Of a stretch of DNA of 1,160 nucleotides, positions 1-1,160 are shown piece by piece. The DNA comes from Escherichia coli (lineage in GTDB: Bacteria > Pseudomonadota > Gammaproteobacteria > Enterobacterales > Enterobacteriaceae). Position 1 is the first letter of the stretch. Each line of letters starts with the position of its first letter. Location of the stretch: NCBI RefSeq assembly GCF_003334335.1, contig NZ_QOWQ01000119.1, one strand, 5' to 3'. The notes under the pieces were generated by a model. That model did not search any database. It saw only the letters and a program-made list of their open reading frames with translations, and was not told the origin of the DNA. The translations under genes and the position numbers were made by a program.

Positions 1-201
1 CCATCAGAGCAGGCGTATCGCGTATGGCGTAAGACACCGGAGAAGGCTGCTGACCCGACACTGATTCGAAAGTTACCTGACGGAGAAATACGTCGTTACA
101 ACAGACGGCAGAACATAATTTGTCGTGAGAGCAGGAGGAGCGAAGTTATGCAGCGTGTGCTGGCGTTCTATCGGGGAAACTTTCAGGAGGTGATGGAGTG
201 A
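1..201 (+). CDS. 3' end of an upstream gene (C-terminal 66 codons in window, ...SEVMQRVLAFYRGNFQEVME*); product not recognised, presumed phage early protein
   Basis: Frame 1 is open from position 1 to a TGA stop at 199..201, while the other two + frames hit stops at 30..32 and 62..64. The stop overlaps the GTG start of the next gene (GTGA at 198..201). It is absent from the ORF track only because its start lies outside the window. I do not recognise the protein family. Confidence 0.55.
   Translation, partial: PSEQAYRVWRKTPEKAADPTLIRKLPDGEIRRYNRRQNIICRESRRSEVMQRVLAFYRGNFQEVME
185..190 (+). promoter_or_regulatory. Shine-Dalgarno (AGGAGG) for the DUF4406-like gene, embedded in the 3' end of the upstream gene
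   Basis: AGGAGG at 185..190 lies 7 nt upstream of the GTG at 198, which is near-optimal spacing. Confidence 0.7.
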
Positions 202-500
202 GGGTGAGAGTCTATATCGCCGGTCCAATGACCGGGTATAAAAATTTCAACCGTGAGGCGTTTCACAATGCGGAAGAGGTACTGAAACGGGAAGGGCATA
301 CCGTTTTAAACCCGGCAGTACTTCCGGACGGGCTGACTCAACCACACTACATGGATATTTGCATGGCAATGCTCCGTTGCGTGGATGCGGTTTACATGCT
401 GAAAGGCTGGCAGCAGTCGGCAGGTGCAAGGGCTGAGCTGGCACTGGCGGAGAAACTGGGCCATGCGGTGATTTTTCAGGAGGTGGGCAGTGAATATTGA
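198..500 (+). CDS. DUF4406 family protein (nucleoside 2-deoxyribosyltransferase-like fold), 100 aa, GTG start
   Basis: The N-terminus MRVRVYIAGPMTG...NFNREAF...GHTVLNP matches the signature I associate with DUF4406 / NDT-like small phage proteins (beta-strand, then a glycine-rich AGPMTG loop, then an aromatic FN..AF motif). The ORF is complete with a strong SD upstream, and the family normally begins right at the YIAGPMTG motif, which supports GTG 198 over the internal ATG at 228. Confidence 0.85.
   Translation: MRVRVYIAGPMTGYKNFNREAFHNAEEVLKREGHTVLNPAVLPDGLTQPHYMDICMAMLRCVDAVYMLKGWQQSAGARAELALAEKLGHAVIFQEVGSEY
478..483 (+). promoter_or_regulatory. Shine-Dalgarno (AGGAGG) for the small membrane-protein gene, embedded in the 3' end of the DUF4406-like gene
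   Basis: AGGAGG at 478..483 lies 6 nt upstream of the GTG at 490. Confidence 0.6.
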
Positions 501-729
501 CCCGGCGATAACGATTGATATGGCCCTGAACACCGGCCTGGCACTTCTTGGTTATTTCTACATCATGTTCTGCAGCGGACGATGGCTGTCACTGTTGTTC
601 ATGAAAAAATGGAATAAACGCCGTAAGCAGGAGCAACGCCAGAAGGCAATGGATGCATTTTCGAAGCCTTCGGAATTGACGGCATGGAACCAGGGGATCC
701 AGCTCGCGCAATCAGCAGAGGGGGTGTAG
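490..729 (+). CDS. Small predicted membrane protein, 79 aa: one hydrophobic helix followed by a polybasic segment; function unknown
   Basis: The ORF starts at GTG 490 with AGGAGG 6 nt upstream and overlaps the previous gene by 11 nt (previous stop 498..500); an in-frame ATG at 520 is an alternative start. Residues ~12-37 (ALNTGLALLGYFYIMFCSGRWLSLLF) are hydrophobic, immediately followed by KKWNKRRKQEQRQK, consistent with an N-out/C-in single-pass topology by the positive-inside rule. It ends in a tandem stop, TAG 727..729 then TAA 730..732. No family recognised. Confidence 0.6.
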   Translation: MNIDPAITIDMALNTGLALLGYFYIMFCSGRWLSLLFMKKWNKRRKQEQRQKAMDAFSKPSELTAWNQGIQLAQSAEGV

Positions 730-759
730 TAATCCTTGTATATCGGAGTGAAGAGAAAA

Positions 760-1074
760 ATGACGATCACAAAACAACGAGTAGAAAAAATCATATATCG
801 CCATGAAATGGGACTGAACAGCGATGTCACTGCCGAAGAGGTTTATGACCTGGCTGTACTGGCGCTGAATTTATCAAATATCGCAAACCTGAAGCGATAC
901 GAGCTTGATATGGATGGTTGCGACTCGTGCGGTCAGGATTGTGGCGCAGATATGACTGAAGATCCTGATGGTGATTATGTCCTGTTTGATGACGTGGTTA
1001 AGTTGTTTGAATTTGATACAACCACTCAAAAGTTAGAAATCCCGGCAAAGGAGGCAGCCAGTGAGCAAGATTGA
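760..1074 (+). CDS. Hypothetical small acidic protein, 104 aa, with a C-x2-C-x3-C cluster; function unknown
   Basis: ATG at 760 is preceded by a purine-rich stretch (GGAG 745..748, GAAGAG 750..755), and the ORF runs to TGA 1072..1074. By hand count it has about 24 Asp/Glu against 9 Lys/Arg. Cysteines sit at residues 54, 57 and 61 (nt 919..942). The track's TTG 736 start has no SD and is less likely. Confidence 0.7.
   Translation: MTITKQRVEKIIYRHEMGLNSDVTAEEVYDLAVLALNLSNIANLKRYELDMDGCDSCGQDCGADMTEDPDGDYVLFDDVVKLFEFDTTTQKLEIPAKEAASEQD
1046..1052 (+). promoter_or_regulatory. Shine-Dalgarno (AAGGAGG) for the downstream partial gene, embedded in the 3' end of the acidic-protein gene
   Basis: AAGGAGG at 1046..1052 lies 8 nt upstream of the GTG at 1061. 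Confidence 0.7.
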
Positions 1075-1160
1075 CTATCAGGCACTGCGTGAAAAGGCAG
1101 AGAAAGCAACTAAAGGAAGCTACATCGTAGGGCATACATCTGTTAACCAGCACGGCAATT
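1061..1160 (+). CDS. 5' end of a gene, likely ead/Ea22-like family prophage protein (N-terminal 33 codons in window, VSKIDYQALREKAEKATKGSYIVGHTSVNQHGN...)
   Basis: GTG 1061 has a strong SD 8 nt upstream, and the frame stays open to the window end. It overlaps the previous gene by 14 nt in a different frame. The N-terminal pattern (short leader, then QALRE-AEKAT) resembles what I recall of ead/Ea22-like proteins in E. coli prophages; this is from memory and not verified. Confidence 0.55.
   Translation, partial: MSKIDYQALREKAEKATKGSYIVGHTSVNQHGN

Noticed and set aside
148-201. Possible independent 17-codon mini-ORF (MQRVLAFYRGNFQEVME) with AGGAGG at 133..138
   Set aside because: The same frame is open all the way from position 1, so this ATG is more simply an internal methionine of a longer upstream gene; the SD-like motif is in-frame coding sequence (Arg-Arg codons).
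247-444. 65-aa ORF on the minus strand
   Set aside because: It lies wholly antisense to the DUF4406-like CDS, which has a recognisable family signature. It has no SD and an unremarkable Pro/Leu/Ala-rich translation; most likely a chance open frame.
306-533. 75-aa ORF on the minus strand
   Set aside because: It is antisense to two well-supported + strand genes, with no ribosome-binding site or recognisable motifs. Treated as spurious.
601-612. A6 homopolymer runs (604..609, also 785..790) as potential slippery or phase-variable sites
   Set aside because: The runs are short, lie in frame as Lys codons and have no downstream alternative-frame ORF of note. They are ordinary for AT-rich lysine codons.
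736-759. TTG start at 736 extending the acidic protein to 112 aa (as in the ORF track)
   Set aside because: There is no Shine-Dalgarno upstream of 736 and it starts only 7 nt after the tandem stop of the previous gene. ATG 760 has a purine-rich SD-like stretch upstream and is the more plausible start.
730-759. Possible promoter in the only real intergenic gap (TTGTAT / TATATC-like hexamers)
   Set aside because: The two hexamers overlap or abut one another without a proper 16-18 bp spacer, and the gap is only 30 bp. The genes are more likely co-transcribed from an upstream promoter outside the window.
558-830. 90-aa ORF on the minus strand
   Set aside because: It overlaps the + strand membrane-protein and acidic-protein genes in antisense, spans their intergenic region and has no convincing start context. 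Antisense coding cannot be fully excluded, but nothing supports it.
1-1160. Scan for tRNA, CRISPR repeats, inverted-repeat transposon ends and rho-independent terminators
   Set aside because: No direct repeat array, no cloverleaf-compatible segment and no GC-rich hairpin followed by a T-tract were found. The window is almost entirely protein-coding on one strand.

Overview
This window reads as a compact, co-directional block of small genes from the early/accessory region of a lambdoid-type enterobacterial prophage; all supported coding is on the + strand. It holds the 3' end of an upstream gene (1..201), a 100-aa DUF4406-like protein with a nucleoside 2-deoxyribosyltransferase-like N-terminal signature (198..500), a 79-aa predicted single-pass membrane protein with a polybasic tail (490..729), a 104-aa strongly acidic protein with a three-cysteine cluster (760..1074), and the 5' end of a gene whose N-terminus resembles the ead/Ea22-like prophage family (1061..1160). 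Three junctions have overlapping stop/start codons with strong Shine-Dalgarno motifs inside the upstream gene, which suggests translational coupling. I see no rRNA, tRNA, CRISPR array, transposon ends or convincing terminator. The most interesting possibility is that the three middle genes form an uncharacterised accessory cassette, possibly anti-defence, but that is inference from sequence features and context only. Family assignments are from memory of sequence signatures, not from a search.
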